NCBI GenBank assembly: GCA_963788195.1 | Contig: CAWBGA010000013.1 | Location: forward strand, 316,227 to 380,226 | From: Nitrospirota bacterium | Lineage (GTDB): Bacteria; Nitrospirota; Nitrospiria; Nitrospirales; NS-4 | Direction of reading: 5' to 3' | DNA: 64,000 bases | Shown here: positions 29,468 through 38,548 of the stretch, piece by piece | How positions within the stretch are numbered: the first letter of the stretch is position 1 | Layout of the letters: every line of letters starts with the position of its first letter | Program-made: the position numbers and the translations under genes | The notes under the pieces: model-generated | What the model was told of the DNA's origin: nothing | Database searches by the model: none | What the model saw: only the letters and a program-made list of their open reading frames with translations

Positions 29468-30352
29468 GTGTCGATCCCGCGGTTACAAGAAGCCTTTAAC
29501 TCCGGCACATTCGTCACGACCGTTGAGTATAATCCGCCGAAAGGCACGGACGTCTCCACGCTCTTGGAGAACGCCAAGTCACTGGTCGGCAAGGTCCACG
29601 GCGTCAATGTCACGGACAACACAGCGGCGATTCTGCGGGCCGGGTCTATGTCGATCTGCCGCCTGCTGTACGAAATGGGACACGATCCCGTGATGCAGAT
29701 GACCTGCCGCGACCGCAACCGGCTGGCGATCCAGGCGGATCTGATGTCCGCGCACATTCTTGGGATACGCAACGTCCTGTGTCTGACGGGCGACTACCCG
29801 ACGGTTGGCGATCACAAGGAGGCGAAGCCCGTCTACGATCTGGATTCGATCGGGGTGATGCACCTCATCCACTCATTGAATCACGGGAAGGACATGGCGG
29901 GGCACAAGTTGTCCGGCATAACAGATCTATTTGTCGGCGCCGCCGTGACACCTGAGATGGATCCCCCGGGCCCGATGATCGCCAAGTTTGAGGCCAAGGT
30001 AAATGCCGGGGCCCGTTTCTTTCAGACCCAGGCGTTCTATGACGTCGACCGTTTTAAGGCGTTCATGCAGTCGGTGCGCCGTTTCCCGGTGAAGGTGCTT
30101 GCCGGGATCCTGGTGCTACGATCGGCGAAGATGGCTGAGTTCATGAACGCGAACATTCCCGGCGTGGCCGTACCGCAGGAACTCATCGACGAACTTCGAG
30201 CCGCGGGCGATGAAAAGGCGCTCGATGTCGGCGTGCAGATTGCCGTGCGAATGATCAAAGCGGTGCGCGGCTCGTGTGACGGCGTGCATATCATGGCGAT
30301 CAAGGCCGTAGACCGGCTGCCCGAGATTCTGCAGAAGGCGGAACTTGCATGA
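29468..30352 (+). CDS. metF: Methylenetetrahydrofolate reductase (MTHFR family)
   Basis: FVTTVEYNPPKGTD...VNVTDN...MQMTCRDRNR..IQADL..A...GIRNVLCLTGDYP...FFQTQAFYD. GTG start abuts the folD stop. Confidence 0.8.
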   Translation: MSIPRLQEAFNSGTFVTTVEYNPPKGTDVSTLLENAKSLVGKVHGVNVTDNTAAILRAGSMSICRLLYEMGHDPVMQMTCRDRNRLAIQADLMSAHILGIRNVLCLTGDYPTVGDHKEAKPVYDLDSIGVMHLIHSLNHGKDMAGHKLSGITDLFVGAAVTPEMDPPGPMIAKFEAKVNAGARFFQTQAFYDVDRFKAFMQSVRRFPVKVLAGILVLRSAKMAEFMNANIPGVAVPQELIDELRAAGDEKALDVGVQIAVRMIKAVRGSCDGVHIMAIKAVDRLPEILQKAELA

Positions 30353-31137
30353 CAGTCCCGGAGCTTCAACAACGGAAAGCCGAAGGCCGCAAGATCGTCA
30401 TGGTCACGGCGTACGACGCGCTGTTCACGCGCATCATCGAGGAAGCGGGGATCGATACGGTACTGGTGGGCGACTCGTTAGGTGTGGTCGTGCAAGGAAA
30501 AAAGGACACCCTGTCGGTCACCATGGAGGATATGCTGTATCATACCCGTCTGGTCGCCGGCGCCGCGGTACAGGCGCTTATCATTAGTGACATGCCCTTT
30601 CTTTCCTATCAGGTCAGCGTCGAGGAGACGGTGCGTAACGCCGGCATGTTTTTGCAGTCGGGCGCTGCGGCGGTCAAGCTCGAGGGTGGAGAGTCGGTGC
30701 TGGATCGCGTGCGTGCGCTGAACAGCTTCGGCATCCCGGTGCTCGGCCACATTGGGATGACGCCGCAGTCCATTCATCGCTACGGCGGGTACAAGGTCCA
30801 AGGCAAAGGGAAGGAGCCGGCTGCGCGTTTATTGGCTGAAGCCAGGGCCCTGGAGGAAGCCGGGGCGTTCGGGGTGGTGTTGGAAGCGATTCCGACGGAC
30901 GTGGCCCGTACGATCACCGAAGCCCTGTCGATCCCGACCATTGGAATCGGCGCGGGTCCGCATTGCGACGGCCAGGTGCTCGTGCTCTATGACCTGCTCG
31001 GGCTCTTCGATGAGTTCAGGCCGAAGTTTGTCAAGCCCTACGCCCATCTGAAGGCCGACGCGTTGCAAGCGCTACGGCGCTATCGCGAAGAGGTGGAACA
31101 AAAGAAGTTTCCGACCGACACTGAGAGCTACCATTAA
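30349..31137 (+). CDS. panB: 3-methyl-2-oxobutanoate hydroxymethyltransferase
   Basis: KIVMVTAYDA.F....EAGID..LVGDSLG.V.QG...TL.VT..DM.YH...V...MPF.SY...AVKLEGG...GIPV.GH.G.TPQS. Confidence 0.92.
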   Translation: MTVPELQQRKAEGRKIVMVTAYDALFTRIIEEAGIDTVLVGDSLGVVVQGKKDTLSVTMEDMLYHTRLVAGAAVQALIISDMPFLSYQVSVEETVRNAGMFLQSGAAAVKLEGGESVLDRVRALNSFGIPVLGHIGMTPQSIHRYGGYKVQGKGKEPAARLLAEARALEEAGAFGVVLEAIPTDVARTITEALSIPTIGIGAGPHCDGQVLVLYDLLGLFDEFRPKFVKPYAHLKADALQALRRYREEVEQKKFPTDTESYH

Positions 31138-31165
31138 TAGGACTGTACACGTCACGCATCGAGCT

Positions 31166-31243
31166 GTCCCCATCGTCTAGTCTGGCCTAGGACGCGGCCC
31201 TTTCAAGGCTGCAACACGGGTTCAAATCCCGTTGGGGACACCA
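31166..31243 (+). tRNA. tRNA-Glu (anticodon UUC), CCA encoded
   Basis: Acceptor GTCCCCA/TGGGGAC. Anticodon stem CGGCC/GGCTG with loop CTTTCAA. T-arm CGGGTTCAAATCCCG. Discriminator A plus CCA. Very similar to the E. coli tRNA-Glu sequence as I recall it. Confidence 0.9.
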
Positions 31244-31454
31244 CAATTTTAAAAGACTTACAGCCTTTCTCCCTTTTGACTGAATCTTATGGGTGCCTAA
31301 ATAGGGGGAACCCCATGCTCTGATTGCGCGAGAAGCGAGCATTTTTTCGTTTCTAGAAGGACCAAAAATTGCCCCAAAGTGTACTATTATATTAGCTTAG
31401 GTATTTAATTTTGGTTAGGTGACTGATTTTACGAAGAAGTTGGATCAGTTTTTC

Positions 31455-31470
31455 TGGCACAGCGCTTGCG
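31455..31470 (+). promoter_or_regulatory. Sigma-54 (RpoN) promoter of the pilin gene
   Basis: TGGCAC-AGCGC-TTGCG (GG 31456-57, GC 31468-69) against consensus TGGCAC-N5-TTGCW, 40 nt before ATG 31510. An AT-rich region lies upstream. Confidence 0.75.
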
Positions 31471-31509
31471 CTATCCCCTCTTCAGCAACCGGCGAACAAG
31501 GGGGCGAGC

Positions 31510-32097
31510 ATGTCCAGTCGTATCACAGGTCAAAAAGGTTTTACGTTGATTGAGTTGATGATCGTCGTGGCGATCATCGGGATCCTGGCGGCGATTGCCA
31601 TCCCGAACTTCGTGCAGTATCAGTTGAAAGCGAAGACGTCTGAGGCCAAGACGAACGTCCAGGCCATCAGGACCGGCATGATAGCGATATCGGCCGAGCG
31701 GAGCTGTTCTCCTTCAATAGCCGCGGCCCCGTTGGCGATGCCGGTTGGGGGCGCGGTCACTGCTTGGCCTCCCTTTGCGGTGGCTACGACGGCTGGTCTT
31801 TGCGCGCCGCCTCCTGCTGTAGGTGTGGTCTATGCCGGTCAGTATGGCGATATTGGGTTCCTGCCTGCAGGCTCTGTCCGGTACTGGTATAACGTCGCAT
31901 CCTTCCCGGGTGCTGCGACTGCCACACCTGGTGCCAATGGCTGCGCCAATCCTACGACCCCCGCGGCGGGTGCTGGAGCGGTGGGTAATCTTGGCTGGTT
32001 GGTCACGGCTGTCGGTGATCTGGATGGTGTGGGCGTTGCTGGCTACCAAGTGGGAGACACCGGCGGATTCCAAGACTGCAATCCTGGTCAGTTCTAA
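31510..32097 (+). CDS. pilA: Type IVa pilin (PilA-like), intact
   Basis: Prepilin leader MSSRITGQKG / FTLIELMIVVAIIGILAAIAIP (Gly-1, Phe+1, Glu+5). Four Cys, including a C-terminal pair (GCANP...DCNPGQF). Confidence 0.9.
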   Translation: MSSRITGQKGFTLIELMIVVAIIGILAAIAIPNFVQYQLKAKTSEAKTNVQAIRTGMIAISAERSCSPSIAAAPLAMPVGGAVTAWPPFAVATTAGLCAPPPAVGVVYAGQYGDIGFLPAGSVRYWYNVASFPGAATATPGANGCANPTTPAAGAGAVGNLGWLVTAVGDLDGVGVAGYQVGDTGGFQDCNPGQF

Positions 32098-32373
32098 GTA
32101 ACATTGAGCGCTCCCCGCCAGGGACTGCGAGTCTTTGGCCGGGCTTTAAATCCCCATCACCCCTGCCAAACGCCAAAGAGCCTGCTTTTAGGAATTTCCT
32201 AGAATATGGTTCCAGTGCCCAAATAGTGCCTATCACCAGTGTTTCCATATAGCCTTCAGACTCGCTCTCATGCGTATTGGTTGGCCCCTTAGTTGTTGTA
32301 TTCATCTTGTTCCTGCACGGTTGTGACACTCAGTGTCATTCGTAGTCTATACCTGTAAAGTCCCTCGTAGGCG

Positions 32374-32415
32374 CTTTCAAGGCTGCAACACGGGTTCAAA
32401 TCCCGTTGGGGACAC
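32374..32415 (+). repeat. 42-nt exact direct repeat of the 3' half of tRNA-Glu (partner 31200..31241)
   Basis: CTTTCAAGGCTGCAACACGGGTTCAAATCCCGTTGGGGACAC is identical at 31200-31241 and 32374-32415. It runs from the anticodon loop to the first C of CCA. Confidence 0.95.
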
Positions 32416-32714
32416 TATATAAGTAGGTGCGTCGTTGAGGAGTCAGGCTGCCCGAGGCATCGCCGCCGATACAACCAGAATACGAAAAAGTGTAACGTCA
32501 CTGGTTTTCACTTAGCCCTATCTCTTCCATCGCCAAATCACCCATCCAATGAGAAGAAGGGGCACGATGACGAGAACGCCCCCCAGGATAACGGTTGCAT
32601 CGAGCAGGAACGGCATTCAGCCATAATGACAGCCAGGCCCCCGAAGACGATAGTACCCAAAGTGCTGCATCTCTAGGATTTCTCTCAAAGTGCTCTTAAT
32701 AGTTCGAAAAGGAT

Positions 32715-33122
32715 TCAGCCCTCAGTGCGGTCGAGATATTGTCTGTAGAAAGTGACTGCTTCGTGTTTGGGGAGCATGCGACACCATTGTAAATGGCCGT
32801 CACGCACTTGAAACACATACCAACGACCTCTGCACTCTTCGAGATGGGTACCGGTGTATTCCGCCCTAATCCGCTGGCCAATAGTCGGTGCGTCGACCTT
32901 CCAAATGTTCGGTCGTCGACCGCCAATCGAAATGCGATCATTGGTCGTAAGAATTTCTTCCACATCTTCGGCACAGGACATTTCCACGATTCCCACGATA
33001 CAGTTACCATTGTGATCGTTCACAACTTTGGCATGCAGGACTGGGCCGATCCGTTCAAAGACATTGCGGAGGGCATGATCGGTCGTATTCGGCGGGAGAG
33101 AAGTCACGTGCAGCTTATTCAT
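32715..33122 (-). CDS. RRM-like RNA-binding domain protein with an unknown C-terminal extension
   Basis: KLHVTSLPPNTTDHALRNVFERIGPVLHAKVVNDHNGNCIVGIVEMSCAEDVEEIL...ISIGGRRPNIW parallels bacterial RRM proteins (RNP2 LYVGNL, RNP1 GFGFVEM). About 60 extra residues. Confidence 0.5.
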   Translation of the reverse strand: MNKLHVTSLPPNTTDHALRNVFERIGPVLHAKVVNDHNGNCIVGIVEMSCAEDVEEILTTNDRISIGGRRPNIWKVDAPTIGQRIRAEYTGTHLEECRGRWYVFQVRDGHLQWCRMLPKHEAVTFYRQYLDRTEG

Positions 33123-33829
33123 GAGGAACTCATCTTACTGGGAAAGGAGGATGACCTCCGCATAGCCTTCGTACAATACCGACCTTCGTAGCCAGTATAT
33201 CTATTAAGGCGTGAAGGTCACCTTCACTCTCAACTGAGGTCCCATCTCTTCTCAAAGATTTATGCGAGTTATTTCTCCTGAGCCCGGCCCAAACGTGACG
33301 ATGGGTGCTGAGCTAAGAAGCGCTCCGCGACGGCGTCGTCAATATAGCAATCGGCAATCCCGGTGCATATGCGAGTTCTGTGACTTCTGAAGACTGACCC
33401 GAAAAGAGGTTCTGCAATGCCGAAAAGAGGTCCTGAAAACTCAGGCACTTGCATCATAGAACGATGTCCAGCGGGATGCCTGCCTAATTATATGCATATT
33501 CTAGCTGAAGAAAAATTTGTACATTTTAATGTCCGGCGTGTCCAAAGGAAGGAGGAAACTGCGAGATGACTGATCAGACTGATATTTACCAGTAATCAGT
33601 CATTCTGCTCAGTTGGCTGAAGGCAGAGAGATTATTCCTGACCACAGTGTGTAACCGACGTTCTAATTTGACCAAAATCAAGTCTGAAATAGGCAGCACT
33701 TGTCCTGGTTTGACAGGCCATGTCTCTGGCTCAAAACCTGCAAGGAAACCGGTGGGGTGCAGGTTCACCTGCGCTTCGGAGAGGGATGCCCACCGCCGGG
33801 AGTGGAACCTCTAGGAAGAAGGAGACCAC

Positions 33830-34429
33830 ATGGACCACGCCTTGGATGTATACGCCGAAGATACCCAGTCTATAGCCCAACTGAGGATTGGCCATGGCAT
33901 TCTCCTCGTCAGCGCCAGTGGTCACATTCTTATGATAGATCAACGGGCCAGTGAGTTTTGCCGACAAATGAAGGACATGACGGATGACGCAGTAGGGGTC
34001 TTACCTGTACCACTTGTAAAATTGGTGAAAGAGATTGCCGAGCTGCTCCAATTACGGAGTCATTCGAAGGACTGGGAGGATTTCAAAGTTAAGCGCGTCA
34101 TCGAAGGCCGGGAGGGGAAGATCCTGGTTATGGGAATAGGGTTACCAGTGGCGGTAGGGCACAGGACTCTACCAGCCGTTCTCCTTACTATGGATGTCAT
34201 CACAGCGCGGAGCACAGCTGTAAGGCGGCGCGAGGATTTTCTTCTGACGCCGAAAGAGAGGTCTGTGGTGGACTTTCTCTTGAAGGGTTGCACCAATAAG
34301 GAAATTGCTGAGGCCACGGGCGTCAAGGTACAGACTGCGAAGGAACACATCAAACATATAATGGAAAAGACTAAGACAACCACCCGCACAGGAATTATTA
34401 TGGCTATAGCCGGTCCGCCACAAATGTGA
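33830..34429 (+). CDS. LuxR-family regulator, paralogue of 26093..26683
   Basis: LTPKERSVVDFLLKGCTNKEIAEATGVKVQTAKEHIKHIMEKTKTTTRTG. N-terminal domain shared with the paralogue (LP.P.V.L..EI...LQ.R...KDWE.F..KRVI). Confidence 0.8.
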   Translation: MDHALDVYAEDTQSIAQLRIGHGILLVSASGHILMIDQRASEFCRQMKDMTDDAVGVLPVPLVKLVKEIAELLQLRSHSKDWEDFKVKRVIEGREGKILVMGIGLPVAVGHRTLPAVLLTMDVITARSTAVRRREDFLLTPKERSVVDFLLKGCTNKEIAEATGVKVQTAKEHIKHIMEKTKTTTRTGIIMAIAGPPQM

Positions 34430-34865
34430 TCCACTGTTCCCAGAATCCTCGCAAAAGTCGCTCGTCAACCCTGTGCACATAGCTCCAGCATCCCAGTATC
34501 CTCGATAGCCCCTGGAAAATGCCGTCTGGCTCCTTTCTCTGACACTAAGAGAAAGCATCTAAGCTTGAGCGGTCCTTACTTTGTCTTTTGTGGCCGTGCA
34601 CTAGCAAAAATATCTTTCGGTCGAAGACCCTGTTCGTTTCTTCCCGTTGCTAAGACCCTTTCGGTTGAGTCCTGACCTGTACGCCAATCCCTGCGGTACG
34701 CTGTGTAGATCACACACCTGCGCTTCAGGCATTCCGCCTCTTCTTATTCGAAGCCTCTAGTAATTCAGCATACAGAGGTGTGGCACTAAGGTTGCTCCCT
34801 GAAACGCTCAGCGCAGCGGGACACTGCCGCCCCGTGGATTAAGGCAAGGAGAACTGCGCCTGAAT

Positions 34866-36423
34866 ATGAAGCGAAGCTGGCCATCTATTGCTCTTACCGC
34901 CACCATGCTCACACTCACGATCAACGTATCGGGCTGGGCGGCGGAGTTCTCCGCAGGTACGAAAGAGACGCTGGGTCCGCGTTTTAGCGATGCGCCGCGA
35001 TTGCACAAACGGCCCACGACACCCCCACAGGCGGAGTGGGGAGGAAGCCACGTCAGCGCTGCGTTACTGGAATGAGGTGGCGATTGATGCCAGCGGACTT
35101 GACCACACGCCTGTGGCGGCAGACGAGATACGTGTCTTCGGGGAGCAATTCGGCCCCGGGCGGGCAAGCCGTGCAATGGCAATCGTCCATATTGCGATCT
35201 TTGATGCGGTCAATGCGATCGCAGGTCACTATGAGAGCTATGCGGACCTTTTGCCGGTCCCCGCAGGTACGTCCATTCATGCTGCTATCGCCCAGGCTGC
35301 ACACGATACGCTTGTCGCGCTCTTCCCTTCGCAGATCCAACGGTTCAACGAGCTCCTTGCGGATGACCTGGGAAGCATTGCCGATGGCCATAAAAAGGCC
35401 GGCGGAATCCAGTTGGGACAACAGGCAGCCAGTGCGATCCTCGCCCTCAGGGCCAGTGATGGGTCACAACATCCTGAGCCGCGCGTCGGCATCGATTTCA
35501 TCACCAGTAGCGAGCCGGGGAAGTGGCGCCAAGACCCGATCAGCGAAATCCCACTGGCGCTCGGCGCCCACTGGGGCGGCGTGAGGCCGTTTGTCCTCAA
35601 GTCCGCCGATCAGTTCCGCACACCGGTTCCGCCGTCCCTCAATAGCCCGGAGTATACGATGGCCTTCGCCGAGGTGAAGGCCTTAGGCGGCGACGGGGTG
35701 GTGACGCCCACGGTGCGCACCGCGGATCAAACACAGATCGGTATCTACTGGGCGTACGACGGGATGCCGAGCCTGTGTGCGCCGCCCCGGCTGTATAACC
35801 AGATCGTGGCACAGATTGCCGACGAGAGGCACTCGAATGTCGTCGAGTTCGCGCGCCTGTTGGCCCTGGTGAACATGGCAATGGCCGATGCGGGGATTGC
35901 AATCTGGGAGTCCAAGTACTACTACCAATTCTGGCGTCCCGTCACCGCCATCCGCGAGGCCGACGACGGCACCGGTCCGACCGGCGCAGGCGACGGCAAT
36001 AGCGCGACCTTCGGGGACCTGAGGTTTACGCCGATGGGTGCGCCGGTCAGCAACCTGCATGGGCCGTACTTTACGCCGCCTTTTCCCGCATACCCGTCAG
36101 GGCATGCCGGCTTCGGGGGTGCTGTGTTTCAGATCCTGCGAAACTTCTACCGAACTGATCGCATCGCGTTTACCTTCGTGTCAGACGAACTTAACGGCGA
36201 AACACTGGACAATAACGGGGCCCTACGGCCCCTCGTTCACCGTAGCTTTTCGTCGCTGTCACAGGCGGAGGAAGAGAACGGGCAGAGCCGAATCTACCTC
36301 GGTATCCATTGGGTATTCGACAAAACCGAGGGAATCACCCAGGGTCGCCGGGTGGCGGACTATGTGTTCAAACATGCCTTGGCGCCATTGCGTGAACATG
36401 GTCGCGGTGGACATGAGCATTGA
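34866..36423 (+). CDS. PAP2-superfamily, vanadium-haloperoxidase-like secreted protein, signal peptide in a different frame
   Basis: Motifs KYYYQFWRP, YPSGHAGFG and SRIYLGIHWVFD (KX6RP / PSGH / SRX5HX3D). Signal peptide MKRSWPSIALTATMLTLTINVSGWAAE is in ORF 34866-35075. The frames rejoin if one G of the G4 run 35038-35041 is removed. Track ORF is 34888..36423. Confidence 0.7.
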
Positions 36424-36538
36424 ATCTGTCCGAACGCAAGATCCAACCAGGACCTCTTGAATTTCCTGCGTTCACTGTGAGCAGCACTATCACTCGACGA
36501 GTGACAGAATCCCGCGAACCGGCTATCCTATCCGGATT

Positions 36539-37127
36539 ATGCTACCGAGACCATGGTGTTCGTTCGGCAATCAGCGCGGGTCCGCCTATCTCGTCGTCAT
36601 GTTTGCGGTAGTGGTGATGAGCATCAGCATGATGGCCGCTGCAAAACAATGGAAGACCGTCGTGCAGCGGGAAAAGGAGGCGGACCTTCTCGCGCGAGGC
36701 ATCGAGATCCAGGAGGCGATCCGCGCCTACTACACCGCGAAACAACAGCCCGTGCCCAGGGCCCCGCGAACCTCGATACTGACGGGATGGCTGGTACCCG
36801 CTGACCTTGGAAGAGCTTACCAAGGGGCCGCAACCTTTGTTGCGAAAAGTCTATAAGGACCCGATGACCGGCGAGGATTGGATTTACATCCGCGACGTGG
36901 CGACCGGGCGCATCAAAGGCGTCCGGAGCCGGGCTAAACTAACAGCGATCAAGCAGCACAAGTTTCCTCCAGCCGTCTTCCACTTCGAAGGCCTCACGCA
37001 GTACCACGACTGGGTCTTTCAATACGCACCAGCCTCGACACCTCAGGAACCGCAGGCTGCTGACAAGGTAAACCGGAGACGAAAGCAAAGAGACAAGTAT
37101 GGCCGACAAGTCAACTCCGCAAGATAA
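36539..37127 (+). CDS. Pseudopilin-like type II secretion/T4P protein, one apparent frameshift
   Basis: Prepilin-like N-terminus QRGSAYLVVMFAVVVMSISMMAAA, then KQWKTVVQREKEADLLARGIEIQEAIRAYY. Continuation WYPLTLEELTKGPQPLLRKVYKDPMTGEDW is in ORF 36807-37127. The shift lies near 36780-36790. Confidence 0.55.
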
Positions 37128-37149
37128 ATGATACCTGAAAGACTAGGTC

Positions 37150-38366
37150 ATGCCGTCTCAGGTCGCTACTCCAGTGTCCCACGATGACGTGCCGAAGCGC
37201 ACGCCAGATCGAGTCCCGCGATTCCTACGGCGAGTGCCTATGACTCTCGTTATGTTAGTTCTGTCGCTTCGTACTCCTGCATCGATCAGAGTTTTGCGCA
37301 ATCACGCCACGTAGCACTTGATCAGGCTGGCTGGGAAGCGATCAGAAGCGGGAAGCTCGAGGAGGCGGGGCGCTTATTTGCCGAAGCGATCGCGGTGCGC
37401 CCTGAAGATGCGCGACTACACTTGGGCGCCGGGCTTGCGGCGCACTTACAAGGACGGGAAGAGGCTGCGCGCCGCTCATTGAAAGAAGCGCTGCGGCTCG
37501 AGCCGAAGCTCACGGCTGCCTCTTTGCTGCTCGGCGAAATCTTGTACCGCGAAGGTGAGATCGATAATGCCATCCGCATCTATGAGGCCGCGCTGGTGGT
37601 CGCTCCGGACGACCCCCAACTGCAGCACAAGCTTGGGACGTGGCGCAAAGAAGCCGCGCTGCACGGGAGTTTTCAGCAGAACCTCAGCTCTCACTTCACC
37701 GTGCTATTTGAAGGGCCGGCTGAGCAGGAACTTGCAGGGGCGGCGCTGCAGGCCCTGGAGTCCGCGTATTGGCGGATCGGCACGGAGCTCCTGGCATATC
37801 CGTCGACCATCATCATGGTGATCCTCTACACCGACGAACAGTTTCGTGACATCACGCGCAGTCCCACCTGGGCGGGAGGAGTGTACGATGGAACCATCCG
37901 GGTCCCCACGCGCGATGCCTTAAATAATCGGCCACAATTCGAAAAGGTGCTGGCTCACGAGTTTACTCATGCACTTGTCAGCAACCTCGCGCCCGGAGGC
38001 GCTCCGACTTGGGTGAATGAGGGGTTGGCAGTGGTGTTTGAGAAGGGCGATCTGAGCTGGGCTGAGCAGCTCGTCCGTATAGCGCCCGCACTGATTCCCC
38101 TCGCACAGTTGCATAACGGGTTTCTCCGGCTGCCGGAGGAGCAGGTGCCCCTGGCCTATGCCGAGAGCGCGCTTGCGGTGCGAATGCTTTTAGACCGGGC
38201 CGGGCCGCTGACCCTGGCCATGCTCTTAAAAGACCTTGATGCCAGACAGGACTTCGCCCTGGCTTTTGATCATCGCTTCTCTCTTTCTTATGTTGAGTTT
38301 CAAACCCTATGGCACCAGCCCTTTCGCAAAAAAGAGGCAGACACCACGTCTTTGGGATCCGGGTAG
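37150..38366 (+). CDS. TPR-repeat + Peptidase_MA-like zinc metalloprotease, N-terminus in a different frame
   Basis: TPR helices (EAGRLFAEAIAVRPEDARLHLGAGLAAHLQGREEAARRSLKEALRLEPK). HExxH motif LAHEFTHAL followed by WVNEGLAVVFE. Hydrophobic N-terminus MTLVMLVLS is read from ATG 37150/37240 in another frame. The shift lies near 37258-37265. Track ORF is 37395..38366. Confidence 0.6.
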
Positions 38367-38548
38367 CCTAGTTCATCATGGGGCGGTCATCTGCGTAGGC
38401 CAAGTAACGCAGCACTTTCAGTATAATCGCCAACCCGGTAGAATGGTAAGTTGGATTGATTATCAAGTGGTTAAGGTGTAAGGTTCTGGCACACAAATAG
38501 ACGCCTCACAGGAGGCCTACAGCCGTTGCCACAGCACGTGTCAGACAG

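Noticed and set aside
31244-32373. A classical integrase-bearing genomic island at tRNA-Glu
   Set aside because: No integrase, excisionase or mobility gene lies between or next to the repeats. It is kept only as a minimal cassette or integration scar (see findings).
32518-32616. 32-codon minus-strand ORF MPFLLDATVILGGVLVIVPLLLIGWVIWRWKR
   Set aside because: It is a plausible single-TM peptide, but it has no Shine-Dalgarno and no family evidence, and it is too short to call from sequence alone.
33269-33768. Small minus-strand ORFs 33269-33457 and 33586-33768
   Set aside because: No motifs are recognised. They lie in an AT-rich intergenic-looking region upstream of the LuxR paralogue.
38487-38501. 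TGGCAC upstream of the secretin gene as a sigma-54 promoter
   Set aside because: The -12 position reads TAGA, with no GC dinucleotide.
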